Shown: positions 46,594 through 57,599 of the stretch, piece after piece
Numbering within the stretch: position 1 is the stretch's first letter
Layout of the letters: every line of letters begins with the position of its first letter
Assembly: GCA_963797555.1 (NCBI GenBank)
Contig: CAWCPV010000006.1
Coordinates: 32,001 to 96,000, forward strand
Direction: 5' to 3'
DNA length: 64,000 nucleotides
Source: an uncultured Gammaproteobacteria bacterium
GTDB lineage: Bacteria > Pseudomonadota > Gammaproteobacteria > CAWCPV01
Translations under genes and position numbers: made by a program
Notes under the pieces: model-generated
What the model saw: the letters and a program-made list of their open reading frames with translations, nothing else
Told to the model about the DNA's origin: nothing
Databases searched by the model: none

Positions 46594-49500
46594 GTCCCGA
46601 GATCTCCGAGCGCTCCTTCGAGCAGGCCATCGAGTGCGGGCTGCTCCGGTATGGCCCGGACGCCCGCGCCGGGGACTCGACCGCCGTCCGGGAGACGCCC
46701 CCGCCCTACGGCGAAGCCGTACCGGGCGACTACCGGAAGCGCTCGCCGGAGGACTACGACCGCGCGCTGTGCCTGCTGCCGCGCGACGTCGCGGACTTCG
46801 TCCTCGCCACGCAGCCGAAGGAATGGGAGAAGCTCAAGCAGCACCACGGCGCCGAAACCAAGGAGCGGTTCTTGAAGCGCCTCGCCTCGGAGATCGAACG
46901 GCGCGGCGCGCTCGACGTGCTGCGGAACGGCATCAAGGACTCGGGCTGCAAGTTCCGGCTCGCCTACTTCCGCCCCGCCAGCGGGCTCAACGAGGAGACC
47001 CGGCGCCTGCACGCGGCGAACCTGTTCGCGGTGGTGCGCCAGCTCCGTTACAGCGGGAAAAACGAGAAGAGCCTCGACCTGGCACTGTTCCTGAACGGGT
47101 TGCCGGTCTTCACTGCCGAGCTGAAGAACCCCCTCACCGGCCAGGATGTCGAGGACGCCATCCGACAGTACAAGAGCGACCGCGACCCGCGCGAGCCGCT
47201 CCTCGCCCACGGCCGCTGCCTCGCGCACTTCGCGGTGGATCCGGACCTGGTCTACGTGACCACCCAGCTCGCCGGGCCGAAGACGCGTTTCCTCCCCTTC
47301 AACCAGGGCAAGTTCGGCGGCGCCGGCAACCCGCCCGTGCCGCCCACCCGGGGGGGCTACGCGACCGCGTACCTCTGGGTGGAGACCTGGGCGCGCGACA
47401 GTGTGCTCGACCTCGTGCGCCAGTTCATCCATGAGGTCGAGGAGGAGGACGAGAAGGGGCGCAAGACCGGCAAACGCTTCCTGATCTTTCCGCGCTACCA
47501 GCAGCTCGACGCCGTCCGCCGGCTGGTGGCCCACGCCCGCCAGTACGGGGCGGGGCAGCGCTATCTCATCCAGCACTCGGCTGGCAGCGGCAAGAGCTTC
47601 ACCATCGCCTGGCTGGCCCACCAGCTCTCGACGCTCCACGACGCGGCCGACCGGCGGGTCTTCGACTCCATCGTGGTCGTCACCGACCGGCGCGTCCTCG
47701 ACCGGCAGCTCCAGACCACCATGCGCCAGTTCGAGCAAACCCTCGGCGTGGTGGAGAACATCGACACCACCTCGCGCCAGCTCAAGCAGGCTCTGGAGTC
47801 GGGGAAGACCATCATCGTGACGACGCTCCAAAAGTTCCCGGTGATCGCGCGGGAGATAGGCGAGCTTCCGGGGAGCCGCTTCGCCGTTATCGTGGACGAG
47901 GCGCACTCGTCGCAGTCGGGAGAGAGCACCAAGAGCCTCAAGTCGGTGCTGGCCTCCGCGAGCCTGGAGGAGGCGGAACGGGAGGAGGCCGCAGCAGAGA
48001 CTCCCGAGGAGGAGCTGGAGAACACGGTCCTCGCCGAGATGGAGAAGCGGGGCCGGCTCCCCAACCTCTCCCTGTTCGCCTTCACGGCGACCCCCAAGCC
48101 CAAGACCCTCGAGCTCTTCGGCACGAAGCGCCCCGACGGCAGGTTCGCGCCCTTCCACCTGTACAGCATGCGCCAGGCCATCGAGGAGGGATTCATCCTC
48201 GATGTCCTGGAGACCTACACCACCTACAAGGCATACTGGCGGCTCCTCAAGAAGATCGAGGACGACCCCCGTTACGACAAGAACAAGGCGCAGCACCTGC
48301 TGAAGTCGTTCGTGGAGCTGCACCCGCACGCCATCAACGAGAAGGTGCGGATCATGGTCGAGCACTTCGCCGCCCAAGCGCAGAACGAGATCGGCGGGAA
48401 GGCCAAGGCCATGATCGTGACGCGGTCGCGGCTGCACGCGGTGCGCTACCGGCTGGCGCTGGACCGTTATGTGAAGGAGAAGGGGTATCCGTTCAGGGCG
48501 CTGGCCGCCTTCTCGGGCGCCGTGCAGGACGGCGGACTGGGCTACACCGAGGCGGAGATGAACGGCTTGTCCGAGAGGCAGACCGCCAAGACCTTCGAAC
48601 GCCCCGAGTACCGTTTCCTCATCGTGGCCAACAAGTTCCAGACCGGCTTCGACCAGCCGCTGCTGCACACCCTGTACGTGGACAAGAAGCTCGGCGGGGT
48701 GAACGCCGTGCAGACCCTGTCACGGCTGAACCGCATCCACCCCGGGAAGCGCGGGACGATGGTGCTGGACTTCGCCAACGAGGCCGACGCCATTCAGGCG
48801 GCGTTCGAGCCATACTACGAGACCACGCTGCTCTCGGAGGCGACGGACCCCAACCTCCTCTACGAGACGCAGAGCCGGCTCCTCGCCTTCGGGGTCTATA
48901 CCGAGGCGGACGTGGACCGCTTCGCGAAGGTCTATTTCGACCGCAAGGCCACGCAGGACCAGCTCTATGCGGCCCTGGCCCCGGTGACGGCGCGCTTCTT
49001 CGGGGAGCTGTCCGAAGAGGAGCGGCACGACGTCCGCGGCCAGCTCACCGACTACGTGCGGCTCTACGCCTTCCTGGCCCAAGTGCTGACCTTCGCCGAC
49101 ACGGACCTCGAGAAGCTCTACGTGTTCGCGCGCCACCTGCGGCGGCTCCTGCCCTCCGATCAGGTCGAGCTTCCCCGGCGAGGTGCAGCAGAACATCGAC
49201 ATGGAGTCCTACCGCATCCAGCAGACGGGGAGCGGGAAGATCGCGCTGGAGCGCAAGACCGGCCTGCTCGACCCGATGGGGACGAAAGACCATCCCGGGC
49301 CGGGACCGGAGCAGATCGAGCCACTATCCCGGATCATCGCCGAGCTGAACGAGCGCTTCGGGCTGAATCTCGGCCCCGAGCACCGAGTCACGCTCGGCCA
49401 GATGATCGAGAAGCTGGACGACGACCCGGCCCTCGACGCCAGCGCCCGGGCCAACACGCGCGAGAACGTGAGGCTCACCTTCGACCAGAAGGTGGAGGAC

Positions 49501-50133
49501 GTGATCCAGGAAATCGTCGACTCGAACTTCGATCTGTACAAACGCATCACCGACGACCGGGCGTTCGGCCAAGCGGTCAAGAACTTCCTTTTCGATCAGT
49601 ATCTGCGGACCCACCGGCAGGCGGAGGAGCTGATCAAACGAGGCGAGTCCCGGACCCTCGAGTTCAAGTCCACGCTGCGCTGGAGCCTCCGCGAAAACCG
49701 GATGGACGACAAGGCCGTCACCCATGCCGTCCTCAAGACCATCGCGGCGTTCCTGAACACCGAGGGCGGCGACCTCCTCATCGGTGTCGCGGACGACGGA
49801 TCGGTGGTCGGCATCGAGGTCGACCGGCTCGACAGCGACGACAAGTTCATGCGCCACCTGGCGCAGGCCGTCCGCAACGGCCTGGGCGACCGTGCCAGCA
49901 CCTGCATCGACCCGAGGACCCAGGTCGTCCGGGGAAAGACCGTGTGCCTGGTCACCTGCCAGCGCAGCCCGGAGCCCGTGTTCCTCAAATGGAAGGGAAC
50001 CGAGGAGGGCCCCGGCGGAGATTTCTACGTGCGGAGCGGGCCGGGAAGCGTGAGACTCCGCCCCGAAAGCGCTGCGGAATACATCCGGACGCGGTTTCCG
50101 GAGGCGCCGAAGCGTGGTGAAGATTCGCCGTAG
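46590..50133 (+). pseudogene. hsdR: Type I RM restriction subunit fused to a C-terminal Schlafen/AlbA_2 domain; +1 frameshift at about 49173-49179
   Basis: AELK nuclease motif, QHSAGSGKS, DEAH, FTATP, QTGFDQP, QTLSRLNR; HsdR-like sequence resumes in the next frame (EVQQNIDMESY..LSRIIAELNERFG), then GESRTLEFKST..AAFLNTEGGDLLIGVADDG. Confidence 0.85.
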
Positions 50134-50713
50134 GAGCCGGGTACGGTGTATGTGAGCGCCCGCTGCGGCCGGATGCCGCCGTACCCCACCAGCAACCCGC
50201 CAAGATTGCCACCTGGATTTTGCGTTCCGTAAGGTTGGCTTGGCGCGACTCCAAGCACCCCATAGCTGAGCCGCCCACGGCGGCCTTGTCCCTTCGAGAA
50301 ATACGCATTGCCAATCCCCTCAGGTACGCGCGCAGCATGCACGCGGAACACGCTTCCGCCGGCGCAAGCCGTGCCGTCGCGGGACACCCGTCGCACACGC
50401 TCCTGGGCGATGCTCGGTTCGCCGAGTGGGCGTTGCCGACCGACTGAAAACCGAACAAGATTCAAGTTGTGCCGCCCCAGTGTTTGAACGTATCAAACAC
50501 GCCCGCGCCCTGAGCGGCTCATTGGGGTCAGGCGAGAGGATGCGGCCGGATGCTGCTGACCGTCTGGTTTCGACCCAGAGCAGCCATTCGTGTCCGACAC
50601 GACACGGCAGCCGCACGGCTGCGCTGCCCCAGTGGTCCCCGCCGCTTGAGTTGTGGCAAGCTAGTGAAGCCGTAACCGGTTTGTCATGACATCAAAAAGC
50701 GAGGAGAGCCCCC

Positions 50714-51222
50714 ATGAAATTCCGTCTCGTAGCGTTGGTGAGCTTCACCTGCTTTGCGCTGGGCACCGCAGCCGCTGCTGAACCGGTCATGATGTCGCAG
50801 AATGGGCCAAGCAGGCGTGTGAAGCATGGAACGCCGATTCGACCCTGACCGAGGGTCTGGAGAAGTGGATAGAGAACGACAAGGGCCGCGGCTTCAAGGT
50901 GATCGAAATGTACCGCACCGACTGCCCCGATAGCCCGCGTGTGGAGCTTCGATTCAACAAGAAGGACGGCAAGGCGATGTGTGGTTACGGCGGTGCGGTC
51001 GAAACCAAGAATTTGGACCTCAGTGCCGACTACATCATGTCCGCGGCGACCCCGCGCTGGCTAGAAATGGGCAAGGGAGAATATGGACCCTTCAAGGCGA
51101 TGATGTTCGGCCGCTTGAAGTTCGAAGGGCCGAAGATGGAGGCGATGGGCAACATGGGGCCTTTCGGGGCCTTCCTGCGCATCGTGGGCAAGGTTCCGAG
51201 CGATTCCTCCAAGTGCCCCTAA
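50714..51222 (+). pseudogene. Secreted SCP2-like sterol/lipid-binding protein, frameshifted near 50797
   Basis: Signal peptide frame (MKFRLVALV..EPVMMS) joins the AEWAKQACEAWN..GPFKAMMFGRLKFEGPKMEAM frame. Confidence 0.7.
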
Positions 51223-51540
51223 CGTGAAGGAAAGCCTCCAGAGCGTTGGATGTCCCAGACAAGGCAGCATGCCCAACTCAGTGGTTTCTTACGGCACAGA
51301 TTCTTCACCGAGCTTTGCATCGCAGAGCACTGTGGTCGCGCGGAGCCCGGATATAGCGCTATGAGCAGCCCGGTGATTGAGCGCTTTCCCGCGAGTCCAT
51401 CAGTCCGCAAGCCTGCCGACATCCGACTCGGAGCGACAGCGGTGAGGTGACGATATGGCAGAAGAAGCGAGGGGGAGCCGGCAGTACATCAGTTCTCGCT
51501 CGCCGCCGGTCGCGCCTCAATCGACGGCGGGCGTGACCTT

Positions 51541-51846
51541 CTAGCTCCACTTCTTTCCCAGCGCCTCCAAGTTGGCGCGCGCGAGGTCTTCGGGCGTCAT
51601 GGCAATGCGGAACTCCACTTCGGCATCGAAGGTGAGAAACCACGGCTCGGCCAACATCGGGACCTCGGACGGATCGTCGACGTGGACGACCAAAGTGCCA
51701 CCGCGCCGACCGTTCTGCTCGGAGAAATAGACGGCTTCGGGCTTGATGGCTTCAAGAATTCGCTGGATCTTCTCCCCAACGGTGCCATCCAGAACCGCAG
51801 TGTTGAACGGTTCAAGCGGGACATGGACATGCATGAGCATGCGCAT
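51541..51846 (-). CDS. Small conserved hypothetical protein (DUF3303-like)
   Basis: GGAGG RBS; KPEAVYFSEQNGRRG..LAEPWFLTFDAEVEF..MTPEDL; second copy at 60177. Confidence 0.8.
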   Translation of the reverse strand: MRMLMHVHVPLEPFNTAVLDGTVGEKIQRILEAIKPEAVYFSEQNGRRGGTLVVHVDDPSEVPMLAEPWFLTFDAEVEFRIAMTPEDLARANLEALGKKWS

Positions 51847-51989
51847 GACTGACCTCCAGAGGTGTCGCGTGGTTTCCTGCTCGATTATATGTCAGCCGCC
51901 TCCGTCTAAGGCGGTCAGCGGCTTGGGGCTCACCTGCGGCGCCGCTCACGAGCGCAAGGCATGAGTCCGTTGCGCGGGCGAGGACGCGA

Positions 51990-52200
51990 TCACGTGGGCC
52001 ATGTCCCCGAGGTGCACGAGATCACAACCGCGCAGCTTGCTATCGATGGCGAGGTTGAACAGGGCGAGATCCCGAATCCGCTTGGCGATCTGCAGCCGAA
52101 TGCGGATGGCCCAGATCTCCTTGAGCTTGAAGGGAGACTTCGGTCGGACCAGCCTGCCCTTTCCGGGGTCTCGGGCGGCCAGTCGCTTGGTGCGGGTGCT
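51990..52200 (-). pseudogene. Tyrosine recombinase N-terminal fragment
   Basis: KEIWAIRIRLQ..RDLALFNLAIDSKLRGCDLV, then homology stops. Confidence 0.75.
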
Positions 52201-52762
52201 CAGCGCACATGGTAGGGTCCCCCAGGGTGGTTGAGGAACCATGAGTCTGCGCGCCCACCACAACGGTCGGTTCACGACCCTGAGCTAGCACTACGAGACC
52301 CTCCTGAGCGAAGGCGAGGCGGCCAATCCCCCGGCCTGCGCGAGCAAGCAGACGATGTGCTGCGATTCACCCGCGACCCGCGCGTACCCGCGATGCAGCC
52401 TCGCAACGGCGTGCTATGTGATGTATCCTAGCCACTTGGCGCCTGCCCGTATCCTCGATTCAGCGTCTGGCGCGCGCCGTCTACGGCCACGAATCGAACC
52501 GAGCGGAGTCGGATACGGTAACGGGCTGCAGTATCTCTCGCTTCCCAAATAATACAAAGAATTATCTGCGGAAGCTGCCGTGCCGGCCGTTGGTGACAAG
52601 AGCTAAGGATGAGGTCAGCTTTCGTCAGGGAGGCGGTCCTACGAAGGACTTAATGGCGCCGGCGCTTCACCCGTGCGCGTGCAGTGCGCCCTGCTTCGAT
52701 TCTAGAGCCCCGCCTCTCTCCTGCCCGGTGCGCGCGGGCGCTCCTCCTGTCCGGAGGAGCCC

Positions 52763-53377
52763 ATGCCTCAGGACAGGCTGGGGTTGACCGTGTCCTCCGT
52801 CCCCCACAACGCGTATCCGTTGGGTGCGACGCCCGACCAGCGCTCGCGCGGTCATGTCGAGGCGATTCGCGCCGAGCAGATCCGGCTGCTGCTGCGCCAA
52901 GCCCCGTTTGGCCTCAGCGCTGTCGCCATCAACGCCGTCATCCTCGTCGCCGTCATGTGGGGCGAGATACCGCAAGTCCTGCTACTCACCTGGTTGGCGC
53001 TCACCCTGCTGCTTACCCTGGCGCGTTACCTGCTAACACGGGCTTACTCCCGCGCACAGCCCATGCCCTCCGAAGCGGCGCGCTGGGGGTTCTGGTTCGT
53101 GCTCGGCGCGGGCGTCTCGGGGCTCACCTGGGGCGTGGCCGGCGCCCTCTTCTTCACCCGGCAAAGCTATGCCCACCAGGCATTCCTGGCGTTCGTGCTC
53201 GCCGGCATGTCGGCGGGCGGTGTGTCCACGCTATCGTCCTATCCCGGCACTTACCCCGCCTTCCTGCTGCCGGCCCTGCTCCCCTATACGGGACGGGTTT
53301 TTGCCCAAGGGGGTATCCTGCATACCGCCATGGGGCTGATGCTGGTCCTGTTCTCTGGCTTGATGCTGTGCCTCTGA
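52763..53377 (+). pseudogene. Membrane sensor N-terminus (diguanylate cyclase/kinase type), truncated by ISL3
   Basis: AEQIRLL followed by 5-6 TM helices; ends at the ISL3 junction. Confidence 0.65.
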
Positions 53378-54386
53378 GGGCGGGCTCGGTCTTGATCTCC
53401 TGGCGGCGCACCGCGTCGACCGCCTCGTTGGCGAGCTTGATCACGTGGAAGGCATCGAAGCTCACCGTAGCCTGAGGCAGATGCTTGGCCACCCCGGCGC
53501 GGTAGGCGGCGGACATGTCGATGCACACCTGCTCGATGGCCTGCGGGTCGCCGCCGTGCGCCTTGAGGTCGGCGGCGAAGGCCGCCACGGTGCTCTGGTC
53601 GCGGCCCTCGCAGGCGAACAGCAGGCGTTTTCCCGTGAGGTCATGGAACAGGCTGATGTAGTGCTGTCCACGCCGGGCAGCGGTCTCGTCCAGGCCCACA
53701 GCGCTCACCTGCGAGTGGTCCTCCTGAGCACGGGCCCTGCCTACGTAGTGATCGAGCACCGCCCACAGGCGCTCATCGCCCACGCCCAGGTGCCGAGCCA
53801 CGGTCGCCACCGGCATGGCCTGGCACAGCGTGACCACCAGCGCCTCCATCAGCGCCGTGAAGCCACTCTGTGCGCGCGCCCACGGCGGGTTCGACCTGGG
53901 TCGTCTTGCCGCAGGCCTCGCAGCGCACCCGCGGCAGATGCGCGTGCAGGTACGCCCGTGACTTAAAGAAGCTCAGGTGCTGCCAACTGCGCTCCCGGGT
54001 GTCGTGCACCGCCTGGCCTTGCACTCCGCAGGCCGGGCAAGCAAAGCGGCTGCCCTTGGCAAACGCCACATCGAGGTCGATGCGCCCAGCCTCGGGGTCG
54101 AAGCGCACGTCGGTGACCTCCCAAGGCGCCGTCAGGCCCAGTGCCGTGGTAAACAGATGCGTGGGCCGCACGGTGCTCCCCCCTTGGATGACGACCTGTG
54201 GATTTGTGGACGAGCCCTGCGGAGCGGCCCGCGTCCCAAGGACCGTGTGGACAACCTCCCGGTTGCCCACACTCGCGGGCCTCTCGCCCACAACCCCACA
54301 AGCCCAACCACAAGATGTTGTGATAAGCGACCGGTCAGGGCAGATGCTACTTCACCACCGCGACCCACACAATTTCCGAAAGAGCC
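53375..54386 (-). mobile_element. ISL3 family IS, frameshifted and 3'-truncated
   Basis: GGCTCT terminus at 54386; CPAC..CEAC zinc finger; GLDETAARRG..Y, CIDMSAAY, FDAFHV; frameshift near 53870. Confidence 0.88.
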
Positions 54387-54479
54387 ACATAAAATCAGAG
54401 CGACTGGACGGCGGCCCGTCCTTCAGCGCTTGCCTCCGTGGTAAGCTTTCGCGTGCGGGCTGCCGCCGATTATGAGCGG

Positions 54480-54645
54480 TCCGTTAGCCATGGGGGTGCC
54501 CTGATCGTAGCTGAGGGTGATGTCTTCAGCGGGGTCGGGGAAGTGGACGGCGCTCAGGCCGTTCAGCGCATCGTAGCTGTAGATGATGATGGTGCCGTCG
54601 ACGCGGGTCTCGCTCACGCAGTTGTCGGCGGCATCGTAGGCCTAG
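54480..54645 (-). pseudogene. RHS/YD-repeat fragment
   Basis: YDAADN..YSYDALNGL..ITLSYDQG. Confidence 0.55.
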
Positions 54646-54811
54646 ATGGTGAGACCTTATCAGGGGGAAGTAAATCGAGTACGACCCCATTTATTCACGA
54701 TTATCGAGTACGACCCCTTTTATTCTTCGACGCTCTTCAAGGCAGTGGAAAATTGGGTTTGCCGCTTATTGGGATGGGCTGTTTTACGAAAATCCGCCTG
54801 TCGCCGACTTC

Positions 54812-55177
54812 ATGGTGGACAAGGTCGAGGAGCGTCCTGACGAAATCTGGATCGTGCGGATCAATCCCCAAACGCGCAGGACGATTCCGAAAACAACAGA
54901 AGGTATACTGGATCGACGGAATGAATTGTCAGGCAATCTATCTATGAACCAGGAACTTCATTTCATCGAGGTCGTGAATCGATGGATAGAGGAGGGTTAC
55001 TTCGCGGAAAAGGCCTCCGAAAAGTTCAAGAAGGTTAGGGTGCGCTGGATCGATATGAGTCCCGAATTGTCTGCGACCCTGGATTACGCCTCGAAACTCG
55101 ATCGGTCGCCGTCCTTCCTGCATCAGTTGATGGAGGAAGGCAAACGCCAAGCCGTTACGTTCTTGCTGGGCATGTGA
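54812..55177 (+). pseudogene. Patatin-like phospholipase C-terminal fragment
   Basis: PDEIWIVRINP..DRRNELSGNLSMNQEL..SKLDRSPSF. Confidence 0.6.
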
Positions 55178-55228
55178 GCTGGTGATTACCTTCACTGAGT
55201 GTCCGAGTCACTCATGGGATGCCTCACT

Positions 55229-57099
55229 GCAGAACTCCTGACATGCGCTACCTAACCGATTGAGAAGGCGCTATAATCGATGCGGGTATCGAAATATAAA
55301 TACGAGACCAGAGGAATGCTATGCCAGGCACCATTGAGCTTCCCTTGCTGCCCGAACAGGCTGTGACATTGGGTCCGCGGTTGACGGTCATCGAAACGCC
55401 CAAGGAACTCGTGTTCATGAATGCCTCCGGTCCGTTGATGAGCTGCGCGCGCACGGATACGACGGCTAAGTGTTACCTCGGGGCGGTGTTCATGACGCAG
55501 GGTTTAGCGAAGGGTGAGGACTTGGCGGCGGTGTTGGGTGTTCACCGCTCGACGGTATTTCGCAACCAGAAGCTGTATCGCGAAGGGGGTCTTGATGCCA
55601 TACGCGATGGCCGAGGCCATGGTGCGCCGCGTCGTGGGCATAAGCTCACCGATGAGGTTTTGCCGATCGCTCAGGCGTGCTTGGACCAAGGGTGCTCGCA
55701 GTCGCAGGCCGCGCGTGCGCTCGGTGTGAGTGAGACGGCGGTGCGCCATGCGATCAAGACCGGACGGCTGCGCCGCTCGCCAACAGGCGGCGCAACTAGC
55801 CGCGGCGTTGACCGCCCAGTGGGCGCAGGGGGAGCCCGATGAGCTGGGCATACTGTACGTCGACGGTCACGTCCATGCCTACACGGGGCGCAAGCATCCG
55901 CTGCCTAAGACGTTGGTGCAGAAACGCCGCCAGTGTCTGCCCGCCTCGACGGATGTTTGGGTGCATAACGGAGCGGCCGAGCCGGTGTTCTTCGTCACCA
56001 GCCCCCTCAATGGACACCTCTTGGCGCTGATCGAGCAGGAGGTCATTCCCCAGGCGCGCCAGCAGATCGGCCCCGACCGGACGCTGACCTTGGTGTTTGA
56101 CCGTGAGGCTTGGAGCCCCCAGTCCTTCCAGCAGTGGCACAGCCAAGGGGCCGAAGTCATCACGTATCGCAAGGGTAAACAAACGCCCTGGGACCCGGAG
56201 GACTTCCGCCCCTTAAGCGTCGAGCACCACGGTAAGTCTGTGACCTATAGTCTGGCCGAGTGCAGCGTGCAGGTCATCGCTGCCAATCGCAAGCAACCCG
56301 CCTTGTGGATGCGCGAGATCCGCCGCTTATGCAAAAACGGACATCAGAGCGCGATCCTGACGACCCGGCAGGACTTACCTGCCGCAGAGATCGCCCATCG
56401 CATGTTCGGCCGTTGGCGCCAAGAGAACTTCTTCAAATACCTGCAGGACGAATTCAACATCGACCACTTGAGCACCTATGCCACCGAACCAGCCGATCCT
56501 GAGCGGATGGTTCCCAATCCTGAGCGCCGAGCGCTGATAAAATCGCTCCAGGCAACCAAGGCGCAGCTCGGCAGAGCCTACGCCCAGCGTGGCAAGCACC
56601 AACGTAACAGGGCATCGACGGCGAAGCAAGAGAAGGCGACAGAGGCCATCGAACGATTGGAAAGGCAATGCGAGCAACTCAGCGAACGCATCAACGCGAT
56701 GGAAAAGCGCGTGCCATTGAAGAGCATTTATGAGGCGGACAAGATCGTACATCACGAACGCGAACGAAAAACCATTACCCGGCTCATCAAGGTCGTCGCT
56801 TATCGCAGTGAGAGTTGTCTCGCGAGCATTGTCGAACCCTTTTTCGTGCGCCACGACGACGAAGTTCGCGCCTTCCTCAAAGCCGTGTTCTGCTTACCCG
56901 GCGAGATTATCCCGGATTACCAGCGCCATGAATTGCGGGTGCGTCTCTACGGCTTGGCCAATAATCGATCTCAACAAGCTCTCATCGCTCTTTGCGAATA
57001 TCTGAATACCCAGCAGATGAAATACCCTGGCACCCACCTGCCCCTGGTCTACGACACCGCCCAGTCGCATTGAATTTAGCGCCAAGTCAGGAGTTCTGC
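55229..57099 (+). mobile_element. Unclassified DDE IS with terminal IRs; transposase internally deleted/frameshifted
   Basis: IRs GCAGAACTCCTGAC (55229) / GTCAGGAGTTCTGC (57099); HTH ORF 55321-55842 and DDE ORF (YVDGH, VFDRE, RWRQENFFK) to 57073. Confidence 0.8.
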
Positions 57100-57209
57100 G
57101 CTGTGACTGAGACGACCGTTCCTGCTGGGTCTATAAGCCGTTACGACTCATGCGCCAGGTTTTCGCAGTGCCTTCGCAACCTGAGTCGGCGGTCATCCAC
57201 ACGAGAGGA

Positions 57210-57570
57210 GTGCGGCGTGCAGATTTGGGAGTGAGATGGGGACAAAACAGGCCGGTCGGTACAGGTACACAGCTTGGCCGGGCGCCGCTGGGAGGCAGCG
57301 TCTGAGCAATTAGGGGTTGTAAGTTTCCCCAGGGTGAAGTTGCAGGCCGTAGCGCGAGCGAACCTACGAGTAGCCTCGTTACGATGAGCTGGAGATGCCG
57401 ACCCTGTGGTCAGAAGGGGAAGGCCGCTGTCGGTGGAATGGGAAAACGGAAGCGTTCCATCGGATCTCCCGGGGTAGCAGGGGCGGCATGCAGCGGAAGA
57501 GAAGCAGAGCAGGGCGGGAGACCCGCGGCGGTGGGGCACAGGGCCGCCAACCGCTAGAAAGGTGCACGGA
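57210..57570 (+). ncRNA. Probable group II intron 5' remnant (domains I-III)
   Basis: Starts GTGCG; purine-rich non-coding stretch with intron-like blocks (GCCGACCCT..GGGGAAGGC, CCCGGGGTAG..GGCATG, CGGGAGACCC); no RT ORF or DV/DVI seen. Confidence 0.5.
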
Positions 57571-57599
57571 CAACTCCTTTCGCGGGACTTCAACCCGCC

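Noticed and set aside
8492-48668. Long antisense or alternative-frame ORFs (e.g. 8492-10186, 18099-20819, 27092-29275, 37836-40001, 46203-48668)
   Set aside because: Shadow ORFs of real high-GC genes with no recognisable motifs.
49183-50120. C-terminal ~310 aa of the 1176-aa HsdR ORF as a real domain
   Set aside because: Arg/Pro/Gly-rich out-of-frame translation after the frameshift; the true sequence is in the 49183-50133 frame.
52335-52395. Possible IS66 transposase scrap (DDVLRFTRDPRVP)
   Set aside because: Too short to support a feature call.
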